A stretch of DNA of 64,000 nt. Origin: Heterodontus francisci (Eukaryota). The stretch lies in the NCBI RefSeq assembly GCF_036365525.1, contig NC_090399.1, positions 15,313,558-15,377,557 on the forward strand. The letters run 5' to 3'. Below the pieces are notes generated by a model. That model saw only the letters and a list, made by a program, of their open reading frames with translations. It made no database searches and had not been told where the DNA came from. Made by a program: the position numbers and the translations under genes. This document shows positions 38,473-51,249 of this stretch, piece after piece; position 1 is the first letter of the stretch; each line of letters begins with the position of its first letter.

Positions 38473-41400
38473 AGAACAAAGAAAAAAGAACAAAGAACAA
38501 AGAAAATTACAGCACAGGAACAGGCCCTTCGGCCCTCCAAGCCTGCGCCGATCCAGATCCTCTAGCTAAACATGTCGCCTGTTTTCTAAGGGTCTGTATC
38601 TCTTTGCTTCCTGCCCATTCATGTATCTGTCTAGATACATCTTAAAAGACGCTATCGTGCCCGTGTCTACCACCTCCGCTGGCAACGCATTCCAGGCACC
38701 CACCACCCTCTGCGTAAAGAACTTTCCACGCATATCCCCCCTAAACTTTTCCCCTCTAACTTTGAACTCGTGACCCCGAGTAATTGAATCCCCCACTCTG
38801 GGAAAAAGCTTCTTGCTATCCACCCTGTCTATACCTCTCATGATTTTGTACACCTCAATCAGGTCCCCCCTCAACCTCCGTCTTTCTAATGAAAATAATC
38901 CTAATCTACTCAACCTCTCTTCATAGCTAGCGCCCTCCATACCAGGCAACATCCTGGTGAACCTCCTCTGCACCCTCTCCAAAAGCATCTACATCCTTTT
39001 GGTAATGTGGCGACCAGAACTGCACGCAGTATTCCAAATGTGGCTGAACCAAAGTCCTATACAACTGTAACATGACCTGACAACTCTTGTACTCAATACC
39101 CTGTCCGATGAAGGAAAGCATGCCGTATGCCTTCTTCACCACTCTATTGACCTGCGTTGCCACCTTCAGGGAACAATGGACCTGAACACCCAAATCTCTC
39201 TGTACATCAATTTTCCCCAGGACTCTTCCATTTACTGTATAATTCACTCTTGAATTGGATCTTGCAAAATGCATCACCTCGCATTTGCCCTGATTGAACT
39301 CCATCTGCCATTTCTCTGCCCAACTCTCCAATCTATCTATATTCTGCTGTATTCTCTGACAGTCCCCTTCACTATCTGCTACTCCACCAATCTTAGTGTC
39401 GTCTGCAAACTTGCTAATCAGACCACCTATACTTTCCTCCAAATCATTTATGTATATCACAAACAACAGTGGTCCCAGCACGGATCCCTGTGGAACACCA
39501 CTGGTCACACGTTTCCATTTTGAGAAACTCCCTTCCACTACTACTCTCTGTCTCCTGTTGCCCAGCCAGCTCTTTATCCATCGATCTAGTACACCCTGGA
39601 CCCCATGCGACTTCACTTTTTCCATCAGCCTACCATGGGGAAACTTATCAAACGCCTTACTGAAGACCATGTATATGACATCTACAGCCCTTCCCTCATC
39701 AATCAATTTGTCACTTCCTCAAAGAATTCTATAAAGTTGGCAAGACATGACCTTCCCTGCACAAAACCATGTTGCCTATCACTGATAAGCTCATTTTCTT
39801 CCAAATGGGAATAGATCCTATCCCTCAGTATCTTCTCCAGCAGCTTCCCTACCACTGACGTCAGGCTCACCGGTCTATAATTACCAGGATTTTCCCTGCT
39901 ACCCTTCTTAAACTAGGGGACAACATTAGCAATTCTCCAGTCCTCCGGGACCTCACCTGTGTTTAAGGATGCTGCAAAGCTATCTGTTAAGGCCCCAGCT
40001 ATTTCCTCTCTCACTTCCCTCAGTAACCTAGGATAGATCCCATCCGGACCTGGGGACCTGTCCACCTTAATGCCTTTTGGAATACCCAACACTTCCTCCC
40101 TCCTTATGCCGACTTGACCTAGAGTAATCAAACATCTGTCCCTAACCTCAACATCCGTCATGTCCCTCTCCTAAGTGAATACCGATGCAAAGTACTCGTT
40201 TAAAATCTCACCCATTTTCTCTGACTCCACGCATAACTTTCCTCCTTTGTCCTTGAGTGGGCCAATCCTTTCTCTAGTTACTCTCTTGCTCCTTATATAT
40301 GAATAAAAGGCTTTGGGATTTTCCTTAATCCTGTTTGCTAAAGATATTTCATGACCCCATTTAGCCCTCTTAATTCCTCATTTCAGATTGATCCTACATT
40401 CCCGATACTCTTTCAAAGCTTCGTCTTTCTTCAGCCTCCTAGACCTTATGTATGCTTCCTTTTTCCTCTTTGCTAGTCTCACAATTTCACCTGTCATCCA
40501 TGGTTCCCTAATCTTGCCATTTCTATCCCTCATTTTCACAGGAACATGTCTCTCCTGCACGCTAATCAACCTCTCTTTAAAAGCCTCCCACATGTCAAAT
40601 GTGGATTTACCTTCAAAGAGCTGCTCCCAATCTACATTCCCCAGCTGCTGCCGAATTTTGGTATAGATAGCCTTCCCCCAATTTAGCACTCTTCCTTTAG
40701 GATCACTCTCGTCTTTGTCCATGAGTATTCTAAAACTTACGGAATTGTGATCACTATTCCCAAAGTAGTCCCCTACTGAAACTTCAACCACCTGGCCGGG
40801 CTCATTCGCCAACATCAGGTCCAGTATGGCCCCTTCCCGAATTGGACTATTTACATACTGCTCTAGAAAACCCTCCTGGATGCTCCTTACAAATTCTGCT
40901 CCATCTAGACCTCTAACACTAAGTGAATCCCAGTCAATGTTGGGAAATTTAAAATCTCCTATCACCACCACCCTGTTGCTCCTACATCTTTCCATAATCT
41001 GTTTACATATTTGTACCTCTATCTCACGCTCGCTGTTGGGAGGCCTGTAGTACAGCCCCAACATTGTTACCACACCCTTCCTATTTCTGAGTTCTGCCCA
41101 TATTGCCTCACTGCTCGAGTCCTCCATAGTGCCCTCCTTCAGCACAGCTGTGATATCCTCTTTGACCAGTAATGCAACTCCTCCACCCCTTTTACCTCCC
41201 TCTCTATCCCGCCTGAAGCATCGATATCCTGGGATGTTTAGTTGCCAATCAGGCCCTTCCCTCAACCAAGTCTCAGTAATAGCAATAACATCATACTCCC
41301 AGGTACTAATCCAAGCCCTAAGTTCATCTGCCTTACCTACTACACTTCTTGCATTAAAACAAATGCACCTCAGACCACCAGTCCCTTTGCTTTCATCATC

Positions 41401-42790
41401 TGCTCCCTTCCTGCTCTTTCCCTTAGTCACGCAGACTTCATTATCTAGTTCCTTACAGGCTTTAGTTACTACCTCCTTACTGTCTACTGACCTCCTCATT
41501 TTGTTCCCATCCCCCTGCCACATTAGTTTAAATCCTCCCCAACAGCGTTGGCAAAAGCACCCCCAAGGACATTGGTTCCAGTCCGGCCCAGGTGTAGACC
41601 GTCCAATTTGTAATAGTCCCACCTCCCCCAGAACCGGTCCCAATGTCCCAAAAATCTGAACCCCTCCCTCCTGCACCATCTCTCAAGCCACGCATTCATC
41701 CTGACTATTCTTTCATTTCTACTCTGACTATCACGTGGCACTGGTAGCAATCCTGAGATTACTACCTCTGAGGTCCTACTTTTTAACTTGGCTCCTAACT
41801 CCCTAAATTCTGCTTGTAGGACCTCATCCCGTTTTTTACCTATATCATTGGTGCCTATGTGCACAACGACAACTGGCTGTTCACCCTCCCCCTTCAGAAT
41901 GTTCTGCAGCCGATCTGAGACATCCCTGACCGGTGCTCCTGGGAGGCAACATACCATTTGGGAGTCTCGTTTTCGACCACAGAACCGCCTATATACTCCC
42001 CTTACAATCGAATCCCCTATCACTATAGCCCTTCCACTCTTTTTCCCGCCCTTCAGAACAGCAGAGCCAGCCACGGTGCCATGAACCTGGCTACTGCTGC
42101 CTTCCCCTGGTGAGCCATCTCCCTCAACAGTATCCAAAACGGTATACCTGTTTTGGAGGGAGATGACCGCAGGGGACACCTGCGCTGCCTTCCTGCTCTT
42201 TCTCTGCCTTTTGGTCACCCATTCCCTTTCTCCCTCAGCAATCCTAATCTGCGGTGTGACCAATTCGCTAAACGTGCTATCCACGACGTCCTCAGCATCG
42301 CGGATGCTCCAAAGAGAGTCCATCCGCAGCTCCAGAGCCGTCATGTGGTCTAACAAGAGCTGCAGCTGGACACACTTCCTGCACGTGAAGGAGTCAGGGA
42401 CATCAGCCGTGTCCCTGAGCTCCCACATTGAGCAAGATGAGCAGAACACGGGTCTGAGATCTCCTGCCATTTTTAATCTTAAGCTTAACTTAGATAAATG
42501 AAAAAGGGACGACAAGTGTTTACCAATCTCACGATAAAAAAAAAGAGAAATAGAAAAAGCCTTACCTTATCTACACACCACCGAGTCCTTTTTTTTGGTT
42601 AGAGGAGGACGGCGGGTGGGAGACACTACAGGTGTAGTGTCTCGGGTTCAGAAGCAGCCCAAATATATAGGTTTTTACTTACCCAGCAGCCCCCTGGTCC
42701 GCCGAAAACAAAAGGAAAATTAAGTTTAAGTTGAAACTGACCTTCCCAGCTGATCACTCGCTCAGCACTCTCTGCTTCCGAATAAGCTGC
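38473..42790 (-). mobile_element. near full-length young CR1 LINE (ORF1 zinc finger + SGNH esterase; ORF2 APE-RT, lightly disrupted)
   Basis: ORF1 ATG 42470 to stop 41523 is intact (CxxC...CxxC, GDS, GTND, DGLH). ORF2 starts at an overlapping TAATG (41523) and runs in pieces to 38566. (GTTCTTT)n tail. Confidence 0.97.
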
Positions 42791-42794
42791 TCCA

Positions 42795-43385
42795 ACAAAA
42801 CAACAAAACAAAACAACAAGAAACAGTACAGCACAGGAACAGGCCATTCGGCCCTCCAAGCCTGCGCCGATCTTGATGCCTGCCTAAACTAACACCTTCT
42901 GCACTTCCAGGGACAATATCCCTCTATTCCCTTCCTATTCATATATTTGTCAAGATGTCTCTTAAACGTCGCTATCGTATCTGCTTCCACCACTTCCCCT
43001 GGCAGCAGGTTCCAGGCACTCACCACCCTCTGTGTAAAAAACTTGGCTCGCACATCTCCTCTAAACTTTGCCCCTCGCACCTTAAACCTATGTCCCCTAG
43101 TAACTGACTCTTCCACCCTGGGAAAAAGCTTCTGACTATCCACTCTGTCCATGCCACTCATAACTTTGTAAACCCCTATCTTGTCGCCCCTCCACCTCCA
43201 TCGTTCCAGTAAAAACAATCCGAGTTTATCCAACCGCTCCTCATAGCTAATGCCCTCCAGACCAGGCAACATCCTGGTAAACCTCCTCTGTACCCTCTCC
43301 AAAGCCTCACATCCTTCTGGTAGTGTGGCGACCAGAATTGTACGCAATATTCTAAGTGTGGCCTAACTAAGGTTCTGTACAGCTG
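42795..43385 (-). mobile_element. young CR1 3' fragment
   Basis: ORF 42889-43347, closely matching 5731-6283. Confidence 0.95.
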
Positions 43386-43509
43386 AGGTGGTGGAAATTC
43401 AGCTAAACTGCTTTGTGTGTTCTGCTCACCTGGCATGTGTTGCTGGTATCTTCTTTCCCACTAGAGAAGTTTCAAAGCGGTGACTGGAAGTTGTTAATGA
43501 CCAATGGTG

Positions 43510-44090
43510 ATGATCATATCCACCGGTCAAGCAACACCTCGATTTTAAAATTCTCATCGTTGCTTTCAAATCCCTCCATAGCCTCCTCCCTCCCTATCCT
43601 TGCAATCTCTTCCAGCCCCACAATCCTCTGAGATAAAGGTGCTCATCTAATTCTGCTCTCTTGAGCATCCACGATTTTAATCGCTCCACCATTGGTGGCC
43701 GCATCTTCAGCAGCCTAGGCTCTAGGGTCTGGAATTCCCTCCCTAAACCTCTCCACCTTGCTACCTCTTTTTCTTACGTTAAGACTCTCCTTAAAAGTAA
43801 GAGTAAGACTATTGTGTGGCTTTGGTCATGTCCAGAGCATCTAGATAGCTGCCACATGGTATACACTCATGAGTGGAATGTCCCACTTATGGCAATGGGC
43901 CATGGGAAATATTAGTTCTGAGGTAGAACCCACAGCATTTTACGGGGCCACAAATCTCCCTCCTTGACCAAGATTTTGGCCATCTACCCAAATATCACCT
44001 TTTGAGGCTCCGTGTCAAAGTTTCCATTACAACGCTCTCGTGAAGTGCCGAGAGACGTATTTTTGGAGCTAAATGAACATAAGTTGCTGT
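43510..44090 (+). mobile_element. L2 LINE 3' end, interrupted by the short repeat
   Basis: DFKILIVAFKSLH, GGRIFSSLGSRVWNSLPKPL, KTLLK. Confidence 0.8.
43797..43955 (-). repeat. short structured interspersed repeat, copy 2
   Basis: ~160-bp insertion splitting the L2 KTLLK|..LDQ codons. Three hairpins; ends in (TCTTAC)n on the minus strand. Confidence 0.8.
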
Positions 44091-44616
44091 TAGCCATGGT
44101 GGATAATCAGAGCCTCTTTGGAATCAGTGTGACTCTAGCAGGACAAGCCTGGCGATGGGAAGCTGGGTTGACCCTTTGTGACAGACATGGAAAACCAATC
44201 AGCCCGTATGTAACACAGAATAAAGAGGCCATTCGGCCGGTCGTGATGGTGTCGGAGCTTTGAAAGAGTTATCCAGTTAGTGTCACCATCTGCACTTTTC
44301 CCCAAAGCCCTGAAAATTTGTCCTTTTCAAGTATAAATTCAATTGCCTTTTGAAAGTTATCATTTAATCCGCTTCCACCATTCTACATTTCTGATCATTA
44401 CAAATCGCTAAGGTTATTTATCATGTCGCTTCTGGTCATTTTGCCAATTACATTAAATCGGCAGTCCTTTGGTTACCAACTCCCCTGCCACTTGAAATAG
44501 TGTATCTACTTTCAAGATTTTGAACGCCTAATCAAATCGTCCCTAATCCTTCTTTGTTCTAAGTAGAACAATTCAAGGTTTTCTACCGGCTCCATGTAAC
44601 TGAAGTCTTTCATTTC

Positions 44617-45128
44617 TGATGGAATACTCTCCACTTGCCTGGATGGGTGCAGCTCCAACAACACTCAAGAAGCTCGACACCATCCAGGACAAAGCAGCCC
44701 GCTTGATTGGCACCCCATCTACAAACATTCACTCCCTCTACCACCGACACACAGTGGCAGCAGTGTGTACCATCTACAAGATGCACTGCAGCAATGCACC
44801 AAGGCTCCTCAGACAGCACCTTCCAAACCCGCGACTTCTACCAACTAGAAGTACAAGGGCACAAAATATATGGGAACACCACCACCTGCAAGTTCCCTCC
44901 AAGTCACACACAATCCTTACTTGAAACTATATCGGCGTTCCTTCACTGTCGCTGGGTCAAAATCCTGGAACTCCCTTCCTAACAGCACTGTGGGTGTACC
45001 TACCCCACATGGACTGCAGCAGTTCAAGAAGGCAGCTTACCATCACCTTCTCAAGGGCAATTAGGGATGGTCAATAAATGCTGGCCTGGTCAGCGATGCC
45101 CACATCCCATGAATGAATTAAAAGAAAA
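44617..45128 (+). mobile_element. LINE family B 3' fragment
   Basis: MEYSPLAWMGAAPTTLKKLDTIQ...HHLLKGN* plus tail. Confidence 0.92.
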
Positions 45129-48100
45129 GTCAGGAGGTGAGTTATTCACCGTAGAATTCCCAGCACCTGTCCTGTTCTTGTAGCCAAAATACTGATGTAA
45201 AAGCTGCAGGTCAGGTTTCATTCAATAATGACCCCCACAGGATATTGATAGTGGGGGATTCAGCAATGGTATTGCCATTGAATGTCCAGGGGGGATGGTT
45301 AGGTTCTCTTTTCTTAAAGATGGTCATTGCCTGGCAGTTTCGCAGCTCGATTGTAACTTACCACTTAGTAACCCAAGCCTGAATGTTTTCCAGGTCTTTC
45401 TGCATCTGGACATGAACTGCTTCAGTATCTGAGCAGTTGTGAACGGCACTGGACATTGTATAATCATCAGAGGACATCCCCAGTTCTGACATTATGATGG
45501 AGGGAAGATCAATGATGAAGCAGCTTAAGATGGTTGGGCCTAGGATACCACCCTGAGGAACTCCTGCAATGATGTCCTGGGGCTGAGAATATTGGCATCC
45601 AACAACCACAACCATATTCCTTTGTGCTAAGTATGACTCTGACCAGCAGAGGGTTTTCCCCCGATTCAAATTAACTCCAGTTTTGCTGGGGCCATACTCG
45701 GTCAAATGCTGCCTTGATATCACTCTCACCTCACCTCTGGATTTCATCTCTTTTTTCCATGTTTGGACCAAGGCTGTAATGAGGTCAGGGGCAGAACTCA
45801 AACTGAGCAGCAGTGAACAAGTTATTGTTGAGCAAGTGCCGGTAGATAGCACTGTCGATGACACCTTCCATCGCTATGCTGATGATTGAGAGTAGACTGA
45901 TGGGGCAGTAATTGGCCAGAATGGATTTGTCCTGCTTTTTGTGGAAAGGACATACCTGGGCAATTTTCCACATTGTCGAGTAGATGCCAGTGTAGTAGCT
46001 GTACTGGATCAGCTTGGCTATGGTGCAGCTAGTCCTGGAGAACAAGTCTTCAGTACTACAGCCAGGTTGTTGTCAGGGCCCATAGACTTTGCAGTATCCA
46101 GTGCCTTCAGCTGTTTCTTGATATCACATGGAGTGAATCGAATTGGCTGAAGACTGCCATCTGGGGGACCTCAGGAGGAGGCCGAGTTCGATCATCCACT
46201 CAGCACTTCTGGTTGAAGGCAGTCACAAATGCTTCAGCCTTTTGTTTGCACCAATGTGCTGGGCTCATTATTATTGAGGTTGGGGATATTTGTGGAGGAT
46301 CCTCCTCCAATTGGTTGTTTAATTGCCCACCACCATCCGTGACTGGACGTGGCAGGACAGGAGAGCTTTGATCTGATCTGTTGATTGTGGGATCACTTAG
46401 CCCTGTCTATTGCATTCTGCTTCCACTGTTTGGCGTGCAAGTAGTCCTGTGTTGTGCTTCAGCATGTTGGTACCTCATTTTTAGGTGTGCCTGGTGCTGC
46501 TCCTGACATGCCCTCCTGTACTCACTTGTCTCGATGACAGTGGTAAAGATTGCAGTTTGTAAATTGCACACACTAATCCCACTGTGCGTCGGTGGTGGAG
46601 GAGGTGACGTTTCAGGTGGTGGATGGGGTGCCTATCGAGCAGACTGCTTTGCCCTGGACCGTGTCGAGCTTCCTGAGTGTTGTTGGAGTCGCAATCATCC
46701 AGGCAAGTGGAGAATATTCCATCACACTTGTGCCTTGTAGTTGGTGGACAGGCTTTGGCGAGTCAGGAGGTGAGTTACTCGTTGCAGAATTCCCGTCTCT
46801 TTCTTGCTCTTGCAGGCACAGAATTTATATGCCTGGTCCAGTTAAGTTTCTGGTCAATGGTAACCGCCAGGATGTTGATAGTGGGAGATTCGGCGATGAT
46901 AATGCCGTTGAATATCAAGGGAGATAGTGAGATTCTATCTTATTGGAGACAGGTCATTGCCTGGCACTTGTGTGGTGAAAATGTTACTTGCCACTTATCA
47001 GGCCAAGCCTGAATGTTTTCCAGGTCTTGCTGCATGCACACACGGACTGCTTCAGTATCAGAGCATTTGCAAATCGCACTGTGCAATCATCAGTGAACAT
47101 CCCCACTTCCGACCTTATGATGGAGGGAATATCATTGATGAAGATAGTTGGGCCTAGGGCATTACCCTGAGGAACTGCTGAAGCGATGTTGTGGGGCTGA
47201 GATGATTGGCCTCCAACAACCACAATCATCTCCCTTTGTGCTTGGTAAGAATCCAACCAATGGAGAATTTTACGCCGAATCCCACTGACTTCAATTTTTC
47301 TAGGCCTACTTAATGTGATATTTGGTTAAATTCTGTCTTGATATCAATGGCTGTCACTTTCACCTCACCTCTGGCATTCAGCTCTTTCATCCATGTTGGA
47401 CCAAGGGTGTTATGGCCCATGGAACTGAGTGCCCAAATGGAGCGTCAGTGAGCAGGTCATTGCTGTGTAAGTGCAGCTTGATAGCACTGTCAGAAACATC
47501 TTTCATCACTTAACTGATGATTGCGAGTAGACTGGGCTGTAATTGGTTGGTCTGGACTTGCTCTGCATTTTGTGGACAAGTCATACCTGGATAATTCTCC
47601 ATATTGTCGTGTAGGTGTCTGTGTTGTAGCTGTGCGGGAACAGCTTGGTGAAGGGCGCAATTAGTTTTGGAGCATAAGTCTTCAGTGCTACAGCTGGAAT
47701 GTTATCAGATTCCACAGCCTTTGTTGTATCCAGTCATTTCTTGATTACTATTGGAGTGAAAGAATTATCTGAAAACTGGCATCTATGATAGTGGGGACCT
47801 CAGGAGGAGGCCGTGATGGATCATCCAAATAGCACTTTTGGCTGAAGATGGTTGAAAATGATTCAGCCATGTCTTTTGAACTGTCCTACTGGGATCCCCG
47901 GTCATTGAGGATCGCAAAACTTATGAAGACTCCTTCTCCCGTTAGTTATATTATTGCCCACCAACATTCATGACTGGATGTGGCAGGACTGCAGAGCATT
48001 GATCTGATCCATTGGTTGTGGGATTGCTTTGCTCTGTATATAGCATGTTGCTTCCACTCCTTATCATGCATGACGTCTTGTGTTGTAGCTTCACCATGTT

Positions 48101-49518
48101 GGCACCTCTGTTTTAGGTATGCCTGGTGCTGCTCCTCGCATGCTCTCCTACATACCTCATTGAACTAGGGTTCGTCCTTTGGTAATGCTAGAGTGAGGGA
48201 TATGTTGGGTTGTGAGGGTACTGATTGTGGTTGAATGTAATTCTGCTGCTGCTGATGGCCCACAGCACCTCATGGATGCCTAATTTTGAACTGCTAGATT
48301 TGGTCTGAGTGTATTCGATTTAGCATGAGGGTCATGCCACACCAACTCTGGATGGAGTCCTCATGTGAAGATGGGATTTCATCTCCACAAGGCCTGTGAG
48401 GTGGTCACTCCAAAATTACTATCATGGACATAGACATCTGCGACAGCTAGATTGGTGAGGACGAGGTGAAGCATATGTTTCCCTCTTTTCTGGTTTAATC
48501 ACCACCTGCTTCAGGCCCAGTCTGGCAAATACTCGGTCAGCTCAGTCAGTAGTATTACTACTGAGGCACAGTGGGGTTTGGTGAAAACGCATCTGGAAAT
48601 CTGGAATACTGTGCTCAATTTTGGTCTCCATAGTTAAGAAAGGATATAGCTGCATTGGAGGTGGCATAGTGAAGGTTCATTAAATTGGTGCCTGGAATGA
48701 GGGGGTTGTTTATAATGAGAGGCTAAGTAAATTGCATTTATCTTTTCTGGAGTTTAGAAGAATGAGAGGTGATCTCATTGAAACATGCAAGATTGTGAAG
48801 GGGCTGGACAGGGTAGACACTTCGAGATTGTTTCCACTGGTTGGGAATCTAAAACACAGGGGGTACAGTCTCAGGATAAGGGGCTGATCATTTAGGACTG
48901 AGCGAGGAGAAATTACTTCACTCTATGGGTTGTGAATATTTGGAATTCTCTACCCCAGAGGGTTGTGGATGCTCCATCGTTGAATACTTTTGAGGCTGGG
49001 ATAGACGGATTTTTGGTCTCTCAGGGAATCAAGGGATATGTGAGTGGGCGGGAAAGTGAGGCTAAAGCCTAAGACCTGCCATGATTATATTGAATGGCGG
49101 AGTTGACTCGATGGGCCATATGATCTACTCCTGCTCCTATTCGTTGTGTTCTTGTATGATGGACATTGAAGTCCACATCCAGAGTATATTTTGTGCCTTT
49201 GCTATCCTCAGTGCTTGTTCTAAGTGGTGTTCAACATAGAGGAGCACTGATTCATCAGCTGTGGGAGAGCAGTAGGTGGCAATCAGCAGTAGATTTCTAT
49301 GCCCGTGTTTGATCTGATGCCATGAATCAATGTGGAGGAATACCAGGGTAACTCCCTCCTGACTGTATGTCACCATTCCGCCACCTCTGGTAGATCTGTC
49401 CTGCTGGTGGGACAGGACATACCCAGCAATGATGATGGAGGAGTCTGGGACATTGTCTGTAAGGTATAATTCGGTGAGCATGAATATGTCAGTCTGTTGC
49501 CTGACTGGTGTGGGACAG
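45129..49518 (-). mobile_element. two tandem older LINE family B copies (~45129-46525 and ~46540-49518)
   Basis: Repeated RT (GVPQG, MFTDD) and APE (LTELYLTDNVPD) segments. The second copy is split by a CR1 insertion. Confidence 0.88.
48570..49140 (+). mobile_element. CR1 3' fragment nested in LINE family B
   Basis: LEYCAQFWSP, EFRRMRGDLIE, IWNSLP and tail. Confidence 0.85.
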
Positions 49519-49519
49519 C

Positions 49520-49651
49520 AGTGCCGATAACTGCAATAGTTTCCCTTTTAACATTATCGAATAAATTTTCAGAAAATGTCGACATGACGGTGCAGAATGA
49601 AGACATGCTAAGTATGCTCAGACAGTTAGACATAAAAATCTTGACAAGGTT
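49520..49651 (-). pseudogene. candidate decayed Ig C1 exon (5' part), truncated by a LINE
   Basis: Strong acceptor TTTTTCGCTGTTGCAG (ends 49652), then (E)P / LVKIF...SSFCTVMSTFSENL, resembling P-x-V-x-I-F...C-x-V-x-x-F. Lies 0.7 kb downstream of the VJ relic. Confidence 0.4.
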
Positions 49652-50349
49652 CTGCAACAGCGAAAAACGGGCAAGATATAAAGAGAATTTAAGCGATAGG
49701 CGAACAGTAGAAAGATTGCTTCACCATATGACACAGTTGATAGACATAAGTTAGAATCATTTGAAGCTGGAAATAGTTTATGATTGACGTGCCCAGTGTT
49801 TTATATCATTAATTTGCCTATCAACCCGAAGAGGTCAACACTAAATTTTGACGAGGAGTCCAACAATCAGTTAAGGGGGAAATGGAAAGGGGGAGTCCTG
49901 TTAAGTCTCGCCCAATTGGCGACAAAGGTAATGCAATATCACAATAAATACAAGTAATTAAAATGGAAGTATTGCACCAATATAGGTAAAATATGGCAAA
50001 TGGAACAGTAGTATCGCGACTAACAACGGAATTTAGTGGTTCATGTTAAAATAAGATATTCAAACATTGCGTTAAAAGTAAGCAAACTGTATCTCGAGTT
50101 TAAATACAATACTACTCCATTTTGTTTAGGATTTTTTTTCTCTTACTCTTCAAACATACTTTTAGCAGCTGAACCCGACCACATAAGTAAACCATAATCT
50201 TCACCTAGATCGATGTGAGATTACGTTGCCCTCAATCTGCACAAATTCAAACTACTGACTGATGGTTGAATAAACTTCGAACGACTGAAACCAGCCTTTT
50301 AATGCACTTCAGCCATATTCACAATGAATTTCGGCAATGAATGTGACTG

Positions 50350-50839
50350 TGAGGACATCGCAACCGAGTCTCGTGTTGCCAAATATCCACACGAGGACTT
50401 TTGTGTCCAGTTGTCACCAAACCTGATTGGGAGAGGGACTGATAGTTGGCATTTGCCATCCTTATCCCGAAACACTAAGAAAATTGCCACTTCCCCATTG
50501 AGATCCAGAGTAAGCAGACTAGAAATCCAATCTAGTGCACAACTCTCCTGCTTTACATTCACCGGACATTGTACGCCCTACCCAGTACACATTTCCAATG
50601 ACTTCAAACGGGCCTGATCTAAAGTTGACATTGAAACCGTCAGCTTTTCCCTTCGCGTGAAATGTTGTCCTGAACAGGAGTGTACACTAAGCGAAAATAA
50701 TTTTAACTTTAATGTCGTAATCTGAATCAGAAGGAAGTCTCTCAGTAGTCCGTTTACACCTCATCTTATTTTATCTTTCAGTGAAATCATTCGCTTTTAC
50801 CCGTTTCTTGACCAGGAATAAATGCTAAAATGACCCCAT
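50350..50839 (-). pseudogene. decayed leader + germline-joined VJ Ig exon
   Basis: Leader relic M/GVILAFIP (50839-50813), ~126-bp intron, acceptor TTTTCGCTTAG (50687). Then in order across frames: VHS, VQDNISREGKS*RFQCQL (Cys 50630-28), NVYW (Trp 50584-82), KQESCALDWIS, FLVFRDKDGKCQLSV, VWIFGNTRL (50392-50366). Confidence 0.65.
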
Positions 50840-51249
50840 GTCAGTTTTGTGCCTGGCCGGCAAATTGAAAATATATGGGAATGAAATCCAACTCTGGTGA
50901 GGTCAGAAAACGAGCGGCAGTGTTTAGATTAAGGCGTCAAGTAGATGTCCACTTTTGAACTCAGTAAGGAGGAAAATGAAGCTGGGTATCTAAAGGTCTG
51001 CTGATCCCATAGCGTGTGTTTCACGACCCCAGCCGAAGTTGAATGTTATCGGGGGGGGGGGGGGGAAGTTTTAACTTTGGACGATTGTGTTATTTTAATG
51101 ATAGCGAATAAGCTGATCATTGTGCACCACTCCCAATTTAAGTGAATGGAATGAAAATTCAGCCGGATGCATAATAATTGATCAATTCTATATCATCCAT
51201 TTTGCACTATTGCCCAAAGCTAAGAGTCAGTGGCCCGAATTTTGCATTA

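Noticed and set aside
44080-44220. Possible displaced 3' half of the 49.6-kb C1 relic (DW...SC*SH on the minus strand)
   Set aside because: Too few conserved residues to distinguish it from chance.
50310-50352. CACAGTC heptamer-like sequence at the end of the VJ relic (minus strand)
   Set aside because: There is no nonamer at 12 or 23 bp, and it lies after the J-like motif, where a decayed splice donor is expected.
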